Below are positions 50,003 through 63,160 of a DNA stretch of 64,000 nucleotides, in pieces (positions within the stretch are counted from its first letter, which is position 1; the number at the start of each line of letters is the position of its first letter). The notes beneath the pieces were generated by a model, which searched no databases, was not told where the DNA came from, and was given only the letters and a program-made list of their open reading frames with translations. Source of the DNA: Felis catus. Taxonomy: Eukaryota. Both the position numbers and the translations under genes were made by a program. The stretch lies in NCBI RefSeq assembly GCF_018350175.1, contig NC_058368.1:187736001-187800000 (forward strand), written 5' to 3'.

Positions 50003-50204
50003 TTTTTTTTTTTTTTTTTTTTTAATGTTTATTTATTTTTGAGAGAGAGAGAGTGGGGTAGGGGCAGAGAAGGAGGCGGAAGAAGATCCAAAGCGGACTC
50101 TGTGCTGACAGCCGAGAGTCCATACAGGGCTTGAACCCATGAGCTGTGAGATCAAGACCTGAGCTGAAGTTTGATGCTTAACCGACAGACCCACCTAGGT
50201 GGCA
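50003..50204 (-). mobile_element. Can-SINE
   Basis: Poly-T, aatgtttatttatttttgagag, reverse body. Confidence 0.85.
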
Positions 50205-51755
50205 CTCTTCTTTGTTTTGCTAGCCACACTGCTCAGTCTCTCTCTCCTGAATTCCAAGGTTCGTTGCTGCCTCAGGATCCTTACATGTGCTGTTCCCTCC
50301 TTGTGCTCAGTTATTTGTTTATTGTCAGTCTTCTTTCTCTCAAAGGTAAATAGCATGAGAGCACTCGTCTGCCTCAATCCTAGCTATAGCCCCACAAGCC
50401 TTCAGTTACTTGGTGTTGAATGAATGAAAAGATTTACCTTTTTTATATGCCAGGCTCTGTTCCAAGCACTTTGCATGTAAGACCTGACTGAATCTCACTG
50501 TAGCAGAACCTGAGAGAGGAATGGCAGCTTGGGGAGGTGACGTGACCTGCCCAAGGTCATACAGCCAGGAAGTCATGGAGCCTGGATTCAAACAGCCTGG
50601 TGCCCCGCCCCCCCCCCCCCCCCCCCCCCCCCCCAGACCACACTAGCAACTGCAATGCTACGCTGATCCCCACAGCAAACCTTCATGTTTGAATGAACAA
50701 ATGAATGATTGGGCAAATGATAAACACCGGACAGAGTGGCATGACTGAATGACAGACAATACCAGCTTTCAGAAGCTCACCATCTTCAATTTCTTGGGTC
50801 TCTGTTTTGAAGTGGGGAAAGAAGGGAGCACTCTCAGTGACTGAGGATCCTTGTGTGCGACGCACGGTATCCAATGGCCCTTGTGGTTATCTGCTCTGCC
50901 CAGAGTGACTGCCGTGACAGCTTGGGCAATGGTAGCGTTGGTAGCTGTGGGCTCCCCGCCCCCCCTTACCGGGCAGCTCTGCTATCTTTTGAGAGCCGTG
51001 GCTCTGCCTGGCTGCCCACCCGCCTGCCAGCCAGAGCTTCTTAGCTCATCAATCATGCCGCCCTGCTCTGCCAGGCTGTATCTGAGGAAGACAAGTCAGC
51101 TGAAGACAGAATGGGCCTCAGGCTCTGGAGGGAATGGAAGACACTGCAGGTAGCTGGGGGAGGGGGGGGGGGCGGTGCCCAGAGAGACCGCCAAGTCTGG
51201 CCCAATCCGGGCTCTGCTAAGGATGGTCGACTGGGGTAGTAGGCAGGGGCAGGGTTCCCATTAGAAAAGCCGTGGGTGAACAGAAGAGGTGGAGAAACGG
51301 TTGGTGAGGGGCCAGGGCGGTTTCCCATTGCAACTGAAATTGAGTCTCCCTGAGCGCCCAGGGAGTTGACTGACAGCTCTGGGAAGGCGGGCGGTTCAGG
51401 AGGCGGATTCAGGGCGGCTTGGCTGCCCTCCTGCACGGCCAGCTGCCCCGGGCTCCCCGTGGCTCAGCTTCCCAGCACCCCCTGCTCCCCAGCACCCCCT
51501 GCTCCCTCTCCACTAAAGGGAGGGGAGGGGAGGGGAGTGGCGGGAGAGGTTGAGGCATCTACACCTTGGCTCCACCCTCTCCTTTCTCAGATAGGAGCCG
51601 CTTGGGATTGGGATTTGCAGTCTCTCCCCAGAGAGGTTCTGCTCAAAGTCAAGATGTCTGAGTTGAAAATTCCCTGGAGACCTCCTAGTCCAGAAAGACA
51701 AATCGGCAGGCTTTTGTTTTTGTTTTGCTTTTCAGTCTGCACAGTTAAAAAAAAT

Positions 51756-51756
<1 letters not shown>

Positions 51757-51820
<64 letters not shown>
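51757..51820. repeat. (GAAA)16 tetranucleotide microsatellite
   Basis: Perfect run. Confidence 0.95.
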
Positions 51821-51822
<2 letters not shown>

Positions 51823-54298
51823 GAAAAAAGAGTTGCCAACAATGAAATAGGAATAGATTGCACATAAAAATCTGATTTCTAGTTGCCTTTAAAAAATTAA
51901 AAGATCTGGCAACTTTGGGCTGGCTTTCCCAGAGCCAAGTAGAGGCGGCTCCCAACAGACCCCACCACCATGTCTGCTCACCCTCACCCCTTTGTGTCAC
52001 TGCACCGGCTTGGGGCTTGGAGTGGGCTGGGCCTTTCGAACCCTCACCTATTCCACACCCCCTCCCTGAGGAAAGTGAGGCACACAGCACAGTGAGCCAG
52101 GAATGGGAGCAGGGTCCCAGGAGCGAACACCCCGGGGCTGGCAGGTCTCCCAGTTTCATATCCCAGGGCTGCCTCTTTTGAGCTGTGTTCTTGGACAACT
52201 AGCCCAAGAATTTCTCAGAGCTCCAGTTTTCTCATCTGGCAATGGAGACAATGGCGGTACCTTGTGAGGAGTAAACATGTAGCACTGCCCTTTGTATGTT
52301 TACAAGGAAAATAGTCTTAATTTTGAATAGTGGTATGTATGCTAATATATATGTTTCTGTTAATATCAACGCCCACCACACAGACTTCTCCCACCCTTAG
52401 CAGCTTAAAACAGCATTGTATTCCTGTCTTTTGCAGTTCTGTGTGTGACCTGGTTCAGATGGGTGGTTTTTACCTGGGATCTCTGGTATGGTGGCATTGT
52501 GGTCACACAGGGGCTGGAGGTGCAGTCATTTGAACGCTCTACGGGAGCTGAACATCTCAGATGGCTTTCTCACACACCTGGCATATGATATTAGCTATCA
52601 GCTGGAGCTCAGATGGGACTGTGGACCACAGTGTCTACATGGCACCTCTCCACGTGGCTTGGGCTTCTCCCAACATGAGTAGAGCTGGAGGCAGAGATTG
52701 TCTCAGAGGAAGCAAACAAAGAGAACCAGATGTAGCCACATGACCTTTTATGACCTAGGCTTAGAAGTCACATAGCATCACCTCTACAGTTCTTTATTGA
52801 TCTAGGCAGGTGTAAACCCACTGAGATTGAGTGGGAGGGGACAGAGACCCCACCTCTCAAAGAATGTTGGGGCTACGTTTTAAAACCATCACAACACATA
52901 TGTAAACTGAAAAATAAGTCTCCCTTCCACCCCATTCCCTTGGGGCTGAATTCCCCTCCCTAGTAGCAACCACTAATCCACTGCCTGTGTATCTTCCCAG
53001 AGAGAGTCCACATGTACATGGACATGAGAATTTTATACATATAGAGATATCCATACTATTTACTCAGGTTATCCAAGCACTTCTCCAACTCAGGAACCAA
53101 ACGGACTCAGATAGCCTCTCAGATTAGCTATTTGCTCTCAAACGCTTGCTATTTGCTATCTGAAACGAAATGCAGGAGTCAAAGATTCCAATAATGCAGC
53201 ATCCCCTGCTATCGGAACCCTCACTATCTGAATTCAGAAACCAAATGGGTTTGGGTAGCAATAGATGCTTGCATAAATATACATAAAAACACTCTCCCCC
53301 ACGCAAAGCGTGAGTATACGAGACATACTGTTCCGTTGTTCCGTTCCTTGCTTTTTTCACTTAACAATTTATCTTGGAGATCAGCCTGTTTCAGCAGGGT
53401 CTCATTCCCTGTAAGAGCACAGAGCATTCCATTGTTCCAATGCACCCTAATTTGTTTAATCAAATTGGCCACTTGCTTTTCCCTCCCAGTCTTCTGCTAA
53501 TCACAACCCACACTACAGTAAGTAACCTTGTCCAGAAGTCTCTGTGCCCTTGGGTAAAGTTACCTGTGTGATAAATTCCTAGAGGCAGAATTCCAGGTCA
53601 AAGGGCAGAGTTCCTGTGACCATCTCTACTACATCCCAGCAGGACAGGCTCAGCCTCCACATCTCTTGCACTCTGACCTGCATCTTTTGCCCTTGCTCAT
53701 GCTGTGTCACCTGTGGGATCCTGCCGGCTTCAAGGGCAGCAGGTGGTAGCTGCCTGCCAGCTGCCCAGTGAGGTCCTGCAGGGGCCCGCAGTGAGGAGGG
53801 GAACGAGAAGGCCCTGCAGGGACAGGGATGATGGCCTTTGTAAAAGGAGGACGTGGGGAGCTGGGAGGCACCTCACCCACTTATTTGCCTCTTGATTTCC
53901 AGCAGCAATTGCGTCTGTTTCTCTCAGACCCCAAAGTGGTTGCTGAGGTGATTCGGGTTGCTCCCCCTTTAAAGAGAATGAGAGCTTGCTTCCTGGGGCA
54001 GGTCCTGCACCCAGCTGTGCAGAGCTGTCTGTAGAAGCTTCTAGATGTGCAAAGGCCAAGAGGAGGAGGTATTACCAGGAGTCCCACTTGCTCTTCCTCT
54101 TGCTTTTCAGTGTCACAGGATGCTCACAGTTGCTGGGTTCCACTCCTGGGCTTGCCACGGCATTGAACCAGGAGTCAGGGACCTAAATTCTTGCCCCCAT
54201 AGTGTGTATCTTCCATTCCCATTTATGGCACAATTATCCTTATGTGCCCTGCATTTTTGTTATTGTTGCTGTTCTCTGTCTTTGAAGCCTCTTGATTC

Positions 54299-54524
54299 TT
54301 TTTTTTTAATTCTTTTTTTTTTTTTTAATGTTTATTTATTTTGGGGAGAGAGAGACAGAGCCCAAGCAGGTAGAGCAGAGAGAGAGGGAGACATAGAATC
54401 TGAAGCAGGCTCTAGGCTCCCACCTACCAGCACAGAGCCTGACGCGGGGCTCTCACCACGAACCCTGAGATTATGACCTGAGCCAAAGTCGGATGCTCAA
54501 CTATTTGAGCCACCCACGCGCCCC
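54299..54524 (-). mobile_element. Can-SINE
   Basis: Reverse head gagccacccacgcgcccc; TSD atgtgccctg(c/t)atttt. Confidence 0.9.
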
Positions 54525-54970
54525 ATGTGCCCTGTATTTTGATGAGGAGGCTGTACAGCATGTATGCATGTCATTTACTGTTTGGCCTCAGATCCATTCT
54601 CTGCCCTTCCCCCCGCTGGGCTCAGCATCTAGGATTGAACTACATTTCCCAGGATGCCCTACCCACTCGTTTTTCTGCGAGGTTCGGCCAATGGGAGGTC
54701 CTGGCAGATTAGAGAGCTGGGGGGGGCGGGGGGTGGGCGGATGTCAGGATGTATCCCCAACACGAGCACTTCCGCAGTCTCTGGTAGTGACTCCAGAGGA
54801 TGGCCCTTCCTTCAGCGTCCTAGCTCCGGGCAGCATGTCTCTTGGGCTGAAGTGACATCTACTCAGCCCTGGGCAAATAGTGATCTCCTACAGGTGTTAG
54901 TACCTAGGTTGCCCCACCTGTCCTTGGTTTCCATCCCTGCTAGCCTCATTAAATAGTTGCCCATATATAT

Positions 54971-55182
54971 ATTTTTTACTTATTTTGAGAGAGAGAGAGA
55001 AAGAGAGAGAGGAGAGCTCATGTGCACATGCGGGGGAGGGGCAGAGAGAGAAGATCCCAAGCAGGCTCTGAGCCAGCCGTCAGTCATCGGAGTCTGACTC
55101 GGGGCTCCATCTCATGGGAGATCATGACCTGGGCCAAGATCAAATGTCCGATGCTTAAGCGACTCAGCTACCCAGGCTCCCC
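54971..55182 (-). mobile_element. Can-SINE
   Basis: T-tail, (GA)n, reverse head. Confidence 0.85.
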
Positions 55183-57446
55183 TGCCTGTATTAACTCCTC
55201 TTGAGCTCTCTGCTGTGAGTTTTGATTTCCTGCCTTGGACCACTACTGTTGGGTGGGTGAGCATGTGGTCAGTCAGCAGGTCTGGATTCAAATCCCAGCT
55301 CTATGAAATACTAGTTGTGAAACTGACCTCTCCGTGCCTTAGTTCCTTCATCTGTAAAGTGAGAACAATAATAGTACCTACCTCCTCAGTTTATTGTCAA
55401 GGTTAATTCAACTAATAGTTTATAAAGTGCTTAGAACACTGCTTGGATATAGTAACAACATTAATAATGTTTTGTTTTGTTTTTGTTTTTTTTTTGTCTC
55501 ATCTAGCCCTCACAACTTCTCTGAAAGGGGCTATTATTGTCCTGATATTACGGAAACAGAAACCAGAAAGGTAAAATGACTGAGGCCACATAAATGTAGC
55601 AACGTGACTCAGACTAGGCCAGTCAGACTCCAGTTTATGCCCACTCTATCCTGAAGCCAATCCAGACCACCTTCGGGGGCCAGGCTGGGGACCTTGCGCG
55701 AGGCTTCTGCAGCTCCCATCCTGACTGCCCGATACTGTGTGGTTTGGCTTTTCTGTCACCATGTCCCTCATCCCCAGCCCATTGTTGCAAACAGAAGGCC
55801 AACAGTCAGCAGCCTTTTCCCCAGGCCAGAAGGAAAGGTGTGAGTCTGTGTTCGGGGAGGGAAAGAGGTAGGTGGTGGCAAAGGAAGCACAGGGTCATTT
55901 TCACCCTCTTCGTGTGACCAATCACTGAGCTCTTCTTCCATGGCCAATACTGAGCTCTGGCCTTTTCATGACAAATGACTTAAGATTTTTGTATCTGTAT
56001 ATAAAGGAAACCCAATTCAGTTGGCTTAAGGAAAATGCTAATGACTTGGCTCCTGGAACTGGGAAGTCCTGGAGTGGATTTGGAGTGCATACTGATGTGT
56101 ACTACATCATCGTCACTGTCCTCATCATCATTAGCATCATCATCTTGGCTCTATTCCCTTATAAGAAGTAATCTCATCCACAGACAGACGGGCTTTCTCT
56201 AAATCCTTATTCTCTAGCCCAGGAACGTCAGGGAGAAGAGATCTTTCCCCAAGGCAAACTCTGGTTGGCCTGTGGGAGTCTTGAGTCCACCCTAGGGACC
56301 AATCACTCCTGGCCAAGAAGGGGATATCATGATTGGCTGTCATGGTCATTGCCCCACCCCTATGGCCAAGATGAGACCAAAGCTCTGTGATGGTAAGTAT
56401 CAGCAGAGCACCTAGAACAATCTGGATCCCAAGGAACGGGAAATATAAAAAAAGAGTAAATGAATGAATTCGTGTTTGTGTCACCTGTTATACATTGCTT
56501 TCTTTAATCTGTACTATTATTAGCTTTATTTTTCAGAGGAACAGTTAGGCACAGAGAGGTTGAGTAAGAAGGTCACACTTAATGGCTCAGCCAGGATTAG
56601 GACCCAGGATCGCCTGCCTCCAAAAGACCTACTTTTACCCAGGATAGTTCCTTTCCCACAGGCCCTCCAGGGCTCAAGGACATAGGTTGGAAGGGAAGAA
56701 TCTAGAAGGAGAGGGGGTGGAGAGAAGATGGCAGACTTTGCTCTGGGTCCTGCCTTCAGTGGTGTACTGTTATTATCAACAGAAAGGTCCAAGCCTTCTC
56801 TGCGGGCAAGGAGCTCAGAGATACTTGTACTCAAGGACACTGTTGCACCCCCTTGACCGAGGACCCTGGCTGGGGATCTCTTAGCTTGTTTTCTTTTCCA
56901 TGGGCGTGAGTCAGGCTTTTTGCTCTGTGCTCAGGTTTGGGGCTGAGCTACAATGCTTGCTATCTTGCGTCTGTACATGCAGGAAGCTGTCCTCAGCAAA
57001 GCCAGCATGTCAAACAGCAGCCTAGCATGTCCCTAATGGGAACCCCCTGTACCTGTCCCCACTCCAACTCTATGCCAGACAGTTCCTCTGATAGACCACA
57101 GCCTCTTCTGTCTCCTTGAGTTTGTATTTCATGCTGTTCCTTTTGCCTGCCTGGAAAGCACTTCCTTCCTTACCCTCTATCCAGCTGACTCCTCAACATA
57201 TGGAATTCAGTTCAGGGGTCACCGCCTTCAGGAAGCTTCTTTGACATGCCTGCTGCTCTCTTCCTGGTGTAGAGGCCTCTTCACTGTGCTTATTTTTGGC
57301 ATAGCACTAATCACATTCTGATTAAATTCTTTTTACTGGTCTGTTTTCTTCATCAAATCCTAAGATCTCTGATGAAAGAACTTCATTTCTGAACACAGCT
57401 GGTGCTCCATAAGTGAGTGGTGAATTAACAAATGAATCAATAATTG

Positions 57447-57651
57447 ATTTTTTTAAATGTTTATTTATTTTTGAGAGACAGAGCACAAGCAGGGTAGGGG
57501 CAGAGAGAGAGAAAGACACAGAATCTGAAGCAGGCTCCAGGCTCTGAGTTGTCAGCACAGAGCCCAATGCAGGAGCTCAAACTCATGGGCCATGAGATCA
57601 TGACCTGAGCCGAAGTCAGACACTTAACCACCTGAGCCACCCAGGCACCCC
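57447..57651 (-). mobile_element. Can-SINE
   Basis: TSD acaaatgaatcaa on both sides. Confidence 0.9.
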
Positions 57652-58383
57652 ACAAATGAATCAACAAAGGGCAACACTGGGACCTGTGCCATTTGCTTTG
57701 CAGGTCTGGGCACTGACCATGACTGCTTAGGGTATACGTTGGGAGTACAGGCAGGGCAGGGATGTAGCCAGGACATCTGAGTCTTCATGGGCGAATCACT
57801 CTGATTTCAGGCAACCAGCGCAGGTCTTCAGAGTCCCAGGTCACTTCTGGCTTCTCTCTGTCCTAAAAAATAGATGAGAAAATTTAGTTCTTAGGTAAAT
57901 TATAGAGTAGCTCATAGACTTGTGTGGAATGTTGCAGTCATGGAAGCTGTTGTCAGAGGGAGATTTTTTGCTTATAAAAAACTTTTCCTATACCCTCTTA
58001 GGCTCATTGTTGGGGCCTGCAAATTAAACTGAAAAAAGATCTGACCACAGAAAAAATGACTCCAGGAGGTGGTTAGAATTTGGGTTTTCATAGCGATAGG
58101 AGGGAGAAGGGTTTATAGGAAAACAAATGACCATGAGGGAAGATAAGTTGGCCCTTAGGAGAACAGATGAGATGATAGTTTTGTGATAATCTCTGTTTAG
58201 GTGTGGTGATTCTAGTCTTGAGTTAGTCTTTGCTGGTTGCTTCCCAGAGGCGATTTATAACAATGAGTTCTTTTGAGAAGCTATGCATTTAGGGAGATAA
58301 GACATATCAGGAATTCAAATGCCTTCTACCCCAAATAATTTTGGTGCTACAGTAGCATATCATTGAAAAATTCAGGGATTATG

Positions 58384-58544
58384 AGGTGCCTGGCTGGCTC
58401 AGTCAGTAGAGTATGTGCTCCTTGATCTCAGGGTTGTGAGTTCAAGGTCCATGTTGGGTGTAGAGCTTGCAGAAAGAAAGAGAAAGAAAAGAAAAGAAAA
58501 GAAAAGAAAAGAAAAGAAAAGAAAAGAAAAGAAAAGAAAAGAAA
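58384..58544 (+). mobile_element. Short Can-SINE whose tail has become a (GAAAA)n microsatellite
   Basis: gaggtgcctggctggctcagtcagtagag head; (GAAAA)n at ~58483-58544; cagggat-containing TSD. Confidence 0.85.
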
Positions 58545-59964
58545 GTCCAGGGATGGGATACTGCATCAGTTGAAGCTGAATCCAGGGGCTCACCCCATTT
58601 TGTCTTGAAGCTGAATCCAGGGGCTCAACCCATTTTGTCATCTCAGGTCTTGATCTCTCTCTTATATACATCAGTTAATTAATTAATCCATTCCACTCTC
58701 CCCAGCTCTAATTCTCTCCCTCTCATTCCATGCTGTCTTCTGTGATGGCTTCATTCTCAAGAAAGCTCCTCCCATGTCATGACCAGATGGTCTCCAGCAG
58801 TTCCAGATGTGCACCAAACCAACTGTTGGCAGTTCCTTTTTTCCCAAGAGTTCAAGCAAAATTCCTTGGATCAAGTCTCATTGGCCCAGCAAGCAGAAGA
58901 AATTGGCTGATGAGACACACCAGGCCTGGCACGCATGCCTACCCTGGAGCCAGGCGGGTAGAAAGGCCAGGTCAGCCTCACCCAAACTGTATGGACTAAG
59001 AGTGGAGGAGGGGTGGTTTCTGGAAAGATGACGAGGATGCTACTAATAGGAGTGGAGTGGATTCCAGGCAAGGGAAAACCACAGATGTCCTCTATAGACA
59101 GCAAAGTCTACAGCAAGGAAAGCTGAATCATACAGTCATAGAATCACAGAGTTTCAGAAGGCTGGAGCTAAAAGACACCTTAAAAGTGGACTCATGCAGC
59201 CCTTTTTGTGACAGCTGCTTGCCTAGTGCCCCAGGGAGTCCCCTACTGTCCCAGGCTGATGCCTGAATCCTGGGCAGCCTGGGGTATTGAGGAAAGGGTC
59301 CCCCTGGGATTCTGCCTCCTTCCTCACTGTTTTTCTGCTGGAAGATTCTGGGTCACAGCTGCCCACCAGGGGCCTTGTTTATGCTCCTTCCCGGTGAGCT
59401 CTGGTCTCTGGCCATCTGCCAGGCTGGCAGTCAGCCACACCAACCATGGGCTATGCACTCCCTCCTTGACACAGAGGCCCAGTCGGAAAGACACCCAGGG
59501 AGCTAGAAGCAAGCCAGGAAGCAGGGAGCAGTCCAGCCTGAGGCAGAGGCCTGGAGCCCTGCTCAGGCCTAGTGTGCTGAGTCTCCCCTCCCCCCACCAG
59601 CCCTGGGAGCCAGGACCCACCACTTCAACCACGACTGGAGCATCCTGTTCAGACCTGTTCAGACACTCCTGAGGCCCTGGGCCATTGTGTTTCTCCCAAG
59701 TGAGAACTGAAAGCAAGAGGAAAGCATGGTTAACCTAAACAAAGCTTTACAGAATGGAAAGACTGGGCCTTCTCTCTCTCCCTCAACCCTCTGCTCAACA
59801 AGCAGAGGTCTGGAGGCTCAGTAGAGGCTGAGCCAAGTCTCAGAGAGATTCCTCTGTGACTCTTGCCATCCTTCCCTCCTTCATGTCCTCCTTCCCTCTT
59901 CGCTTCCCCCTTCACTTCTCACACAGAATGTTCCAGCAAAAAGGGTGCTTTAAAAACACCAACT

Positions 59965-60230
59965 CCAGAGATTGCAGATTGGCGGCTCATAGTTCAGAAC
60001 ATGTTGTATTTGGCCCTCCCACTGTTTAAGAAATATTTGAGCCAACATTTTAAAAATTGGGAGATTTCACATAAAAATTCACATGTCTAGCTTCTTTAGA
60101 AAACTAAGGTCTGTTAACCCTGGGCCTGTGTGTCCACATGGCACCAATTGTTGATGGTGAGTGTCAGCAGCTCCTGTGTACAGGGAGTGGACTACAGTTC
60201 CCTCTTGTCCCCTCCACTGAGACCAAGTGC
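59965..60230. mobile_element. MER102-like hAT remnant (related copies near 14270-14470 and 51830-52000)
   Basis: Shared motif gccaacattttaaaaattgggagatttcacataaaaat...gcttct...gaaaa...tctg...gggc at three places in the window. Confidence 0.55.
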
Positions 60231-61639
60231 CAGTTTCCATTTTCCTTCATCCTTGGCATTTTCGTTTTTATTATTTTAGATAGTTTGCCTATCTGGCACC
60301 ATCAGAAATAGGAAATGAAAGACAGAGAGTGGCGTGATTTAAGGAAATCAGAAGAGAAATGTTTCTATCATTAGCTTGGCCCAGTGAGCATTTGGGTTTG
60401 CAACCCCAATCTAAACAATACCCTAATTTTGCAGAAAGACTACTCTGGGCCCACAGGGTCCAGTCCCTCTCTTGACCAAGGATGCATACCCAGCCAGTAG
60501 AAAGGTATCTACACCTGTACTTCTTGGATGGGGAGGCGGCTGTAGGTGGCTTTATGTTTCCTCCACACATACCCGCCCTCTCAGGAGGAATGAGGACAGT
60601 TTCTGAGGAAGCATCACTCTTGTCTCTGTGTTTCTGTCTTAAAGGGGGAGACTTTGCAGAGGAAACTAGCAGCCACATGACAGGTCTGGGACCCCCTACT
60701 GTTAGAAGCCTTCCAGGAAGGAGGGGTGGGGTGGGATAGACCCAGCGCTGTCAGGAAGAGGCTGTCTGGGAGCTGAGAGCTGCCTTGTCCTCTGAGGCGC
60801 TAGGCTCTATGCAGTGGTCTCTGGGAGACAGACATCATCTCACCAGAAGGAAGAAGTTTTTATTGAATCTTGCTGTTTGGAGAATGAGCTGCCTGGGGAG
60901 GTAGAAAGTTCCCACTCCTGGAGGTGGTCAAGCAAGACTGAAGGCCATTGATGGGGATGTTGTAGGGAGATAAGAGGTAGAGGGTTTGGGTTGAGCTGAG
61001 GTTACTTTTTGGAGGTTCTCTGATAAGTATTGGAGGTTTGGGGAACCCCCTAAAATCACAAAGAGTTAGGTGTCTCAGGAAAGTATTTATGGCTTTTTTT
61101 TTTTTTTTTTTTTTTTTTTCCAGATTCCCAAAGGCTCACTTGAGCCTACAAATAGGCTATTGACCTATTGGTAGTCAGGTAGTTGGCCAAGAAGCAGGTA
61201 GTTGGCCAAGAGGAAAGACAGTGTGAAGTGAGGATCACAAGACTGCCAGTGGCCTGGGGCCAGCTCTCCACGCCATTCATTAGCCATCAGCTACATCATT
61301 CCAGTGGCCACTCACCTAACTTCTCTCTGCCTCTGTTTCTGTATCTGTAAGACAAAAATAATAATGGGACCTACTTTGTCATCTTATTTTAAAGGATAAG
61401 TGAACTTACAACAATAGTTGACACAGGAATTAGCTATTATTATTGCTAATATTCCTTTCAACTCAGATTCTACTGGAAACAGATTCATGAATTTTGAATG
61501 TATGTAACTGGCAAGCCTTATTATAGTCTTGCATTTTTGCAGGAGGTGAAGCTATGATCCTTAGGCAGGATCACTTTAATAGTGAAACTTCAATTCGTGG
61601 TGGGCAAGGAGGGAAAGCTGCATAGCTCTGCTTTGAACT

Positions 61640-61750
61640 TTCTTTTCCTTTTTTTTTTCTTTATTTTTTTAACTGGTTCCACGCCCAGTGTGGGGTTTGA
61701 ACTCACGACCCTGAGATCAAGAGTCACATGCTCTACTGACTGAGCCAGCC
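61640..61750 (-). mobile_element. Short Can-SINE
   Basis: gaccctgagatcaagagtcacatgctctactgactgagccagcc; gaactttctt flanks. Confidence 0.8.
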
Positions 61751-62939
61751 TGCTTAGAACTTTCTTAACGTGACCTTCAACTAGTTAAACTTCTTATGGC
61801 CTTAGTTTCTACATCTACAAAATGGGAGTCATGACAGCTCCTATTTCCTAGCGTTGCTTTAAAGATTAAATAACATAATTCACTTAAAGCATTCAACCAG
61901 TGTCTTGCGCATGAGAAAGCACTTGACTAACTGGGTAGGATGTTCTTTATGAGGAGCCTGTGATCACAAGGTACTGTACAAACAAAGTCTCAATTGTCAT
62001 CCTGTCGGTTCTGGAGATTTATTTTTTACATATACAGGCTACCCTTTTAGAGCTAAGGCCCTTGGGGACAAGAAATGGCAGCCACCACAGATAGTGGAAA
62101 GAACATGAACCAAGAGTGGTGAGTTCCAGCCTAGGCTCCGACACTAATTGGCAGTCTCTATGCTTCATCTCAACATTTCATTTGTATGAAAATGTAGCTA
62201 AGAATTATTCAGCTGCTCCCCTCTGCTGATCACTGCTTAAGATGATTAAAGGAGACAATTTAGGGGATACAAACAAATGTATTTAACACTTCATGAAGCA
62301 GGTACTCTCTGTTCCCGAGGGTCCAGAGAACAGCAAAATGAGGCAGGATGCAGGAAGCTTTTATAGGATAAAGAATAAGGAACAAGGAAGAGAAAAATAG
62401 AAAATGAATAAGGAACAAGGAAATGAGTGTAGAGCCCAGAGTTAGCTTGGCCTTTGGGGATTGGCTGCCTGGGTATACTGCCTTTCTGGTCTGCCAGACC
62501 ATTTACAGGGACACAAAACTAACCTAAATTTCGGTTTGCTGACTTAGCCCCCCAGGCAGGAGTGGCTTCATGTTGGACCTAGAAATTTATGTCAACAGCA
62601 CACCATGCTGACCTTTATGTGACTGATGTCATTTAATCATGGGACAACTTTGTAAAGTACCTTGTATTATTTTCATCCTATTTTACACGTGGAGAAATGG
62701 AGGTTCAGAAGTTGACTCCAGATCACACAGGAGGTAAGGGATGGAGCTGGTTTTGGGCCCAGGGCCTATGTAGTTCACTACTAAGCTGCCTTGGTTCAAC
62801 ACAGTGATTTCTAAGACCTCAACACAACGTCATATGTGGCCAAGAGTGAAAATCCTAGAAAAGCCAATCTAACCCTGGGCAGTTTTATTCTCCCCACTCT
62901 ATCTTATCCTCCCCATGTCTATCTTCTTCTTACTTCTTC

Positions 62940-62970
62940 TTCTTCTTCTTTTTTTTAATGTTTATTTATT

Positions 62971-63003
<33 letters not shown>

Positions 63004-63160
63004 CAGGGGCAGAGAGCGAGGGAGACACAGAATCCCAAGCAGGCTCCAAGGCTCTGAGCTGTCAACGCAGAGCCTGACATGGGGCTGGAACTCACAAACC
63101 ATGAGGTCATGACCTAAGCCAGAGTCAGATGCTTAATCAGCTGAGCCACCCAGACGTCCC
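62940..63160 (-). mobile_element. Can-SINE with (CTT)n at its tail end
   Basis: T-tail, (GA)n, reverse head. Confidence 0.9.

Noticed and set aside
51587-52198. 203-aa minus-strand ORF and overlapping 159-aa plus-strand ORF
   Set aside because: Kept open by the (GAAA)n array and GC-rich sequence; the FLSF/KERK repeats are microsatellite translations.
56102-56125. Minus-strand MRTVTMM* resembling my recollection of the human IBABP-L N-terminus
   Set aside because: Low-complexity (CAT)-rich sequence with an immediate stop, no donor site, and LTR-like surroundings; likely chance.
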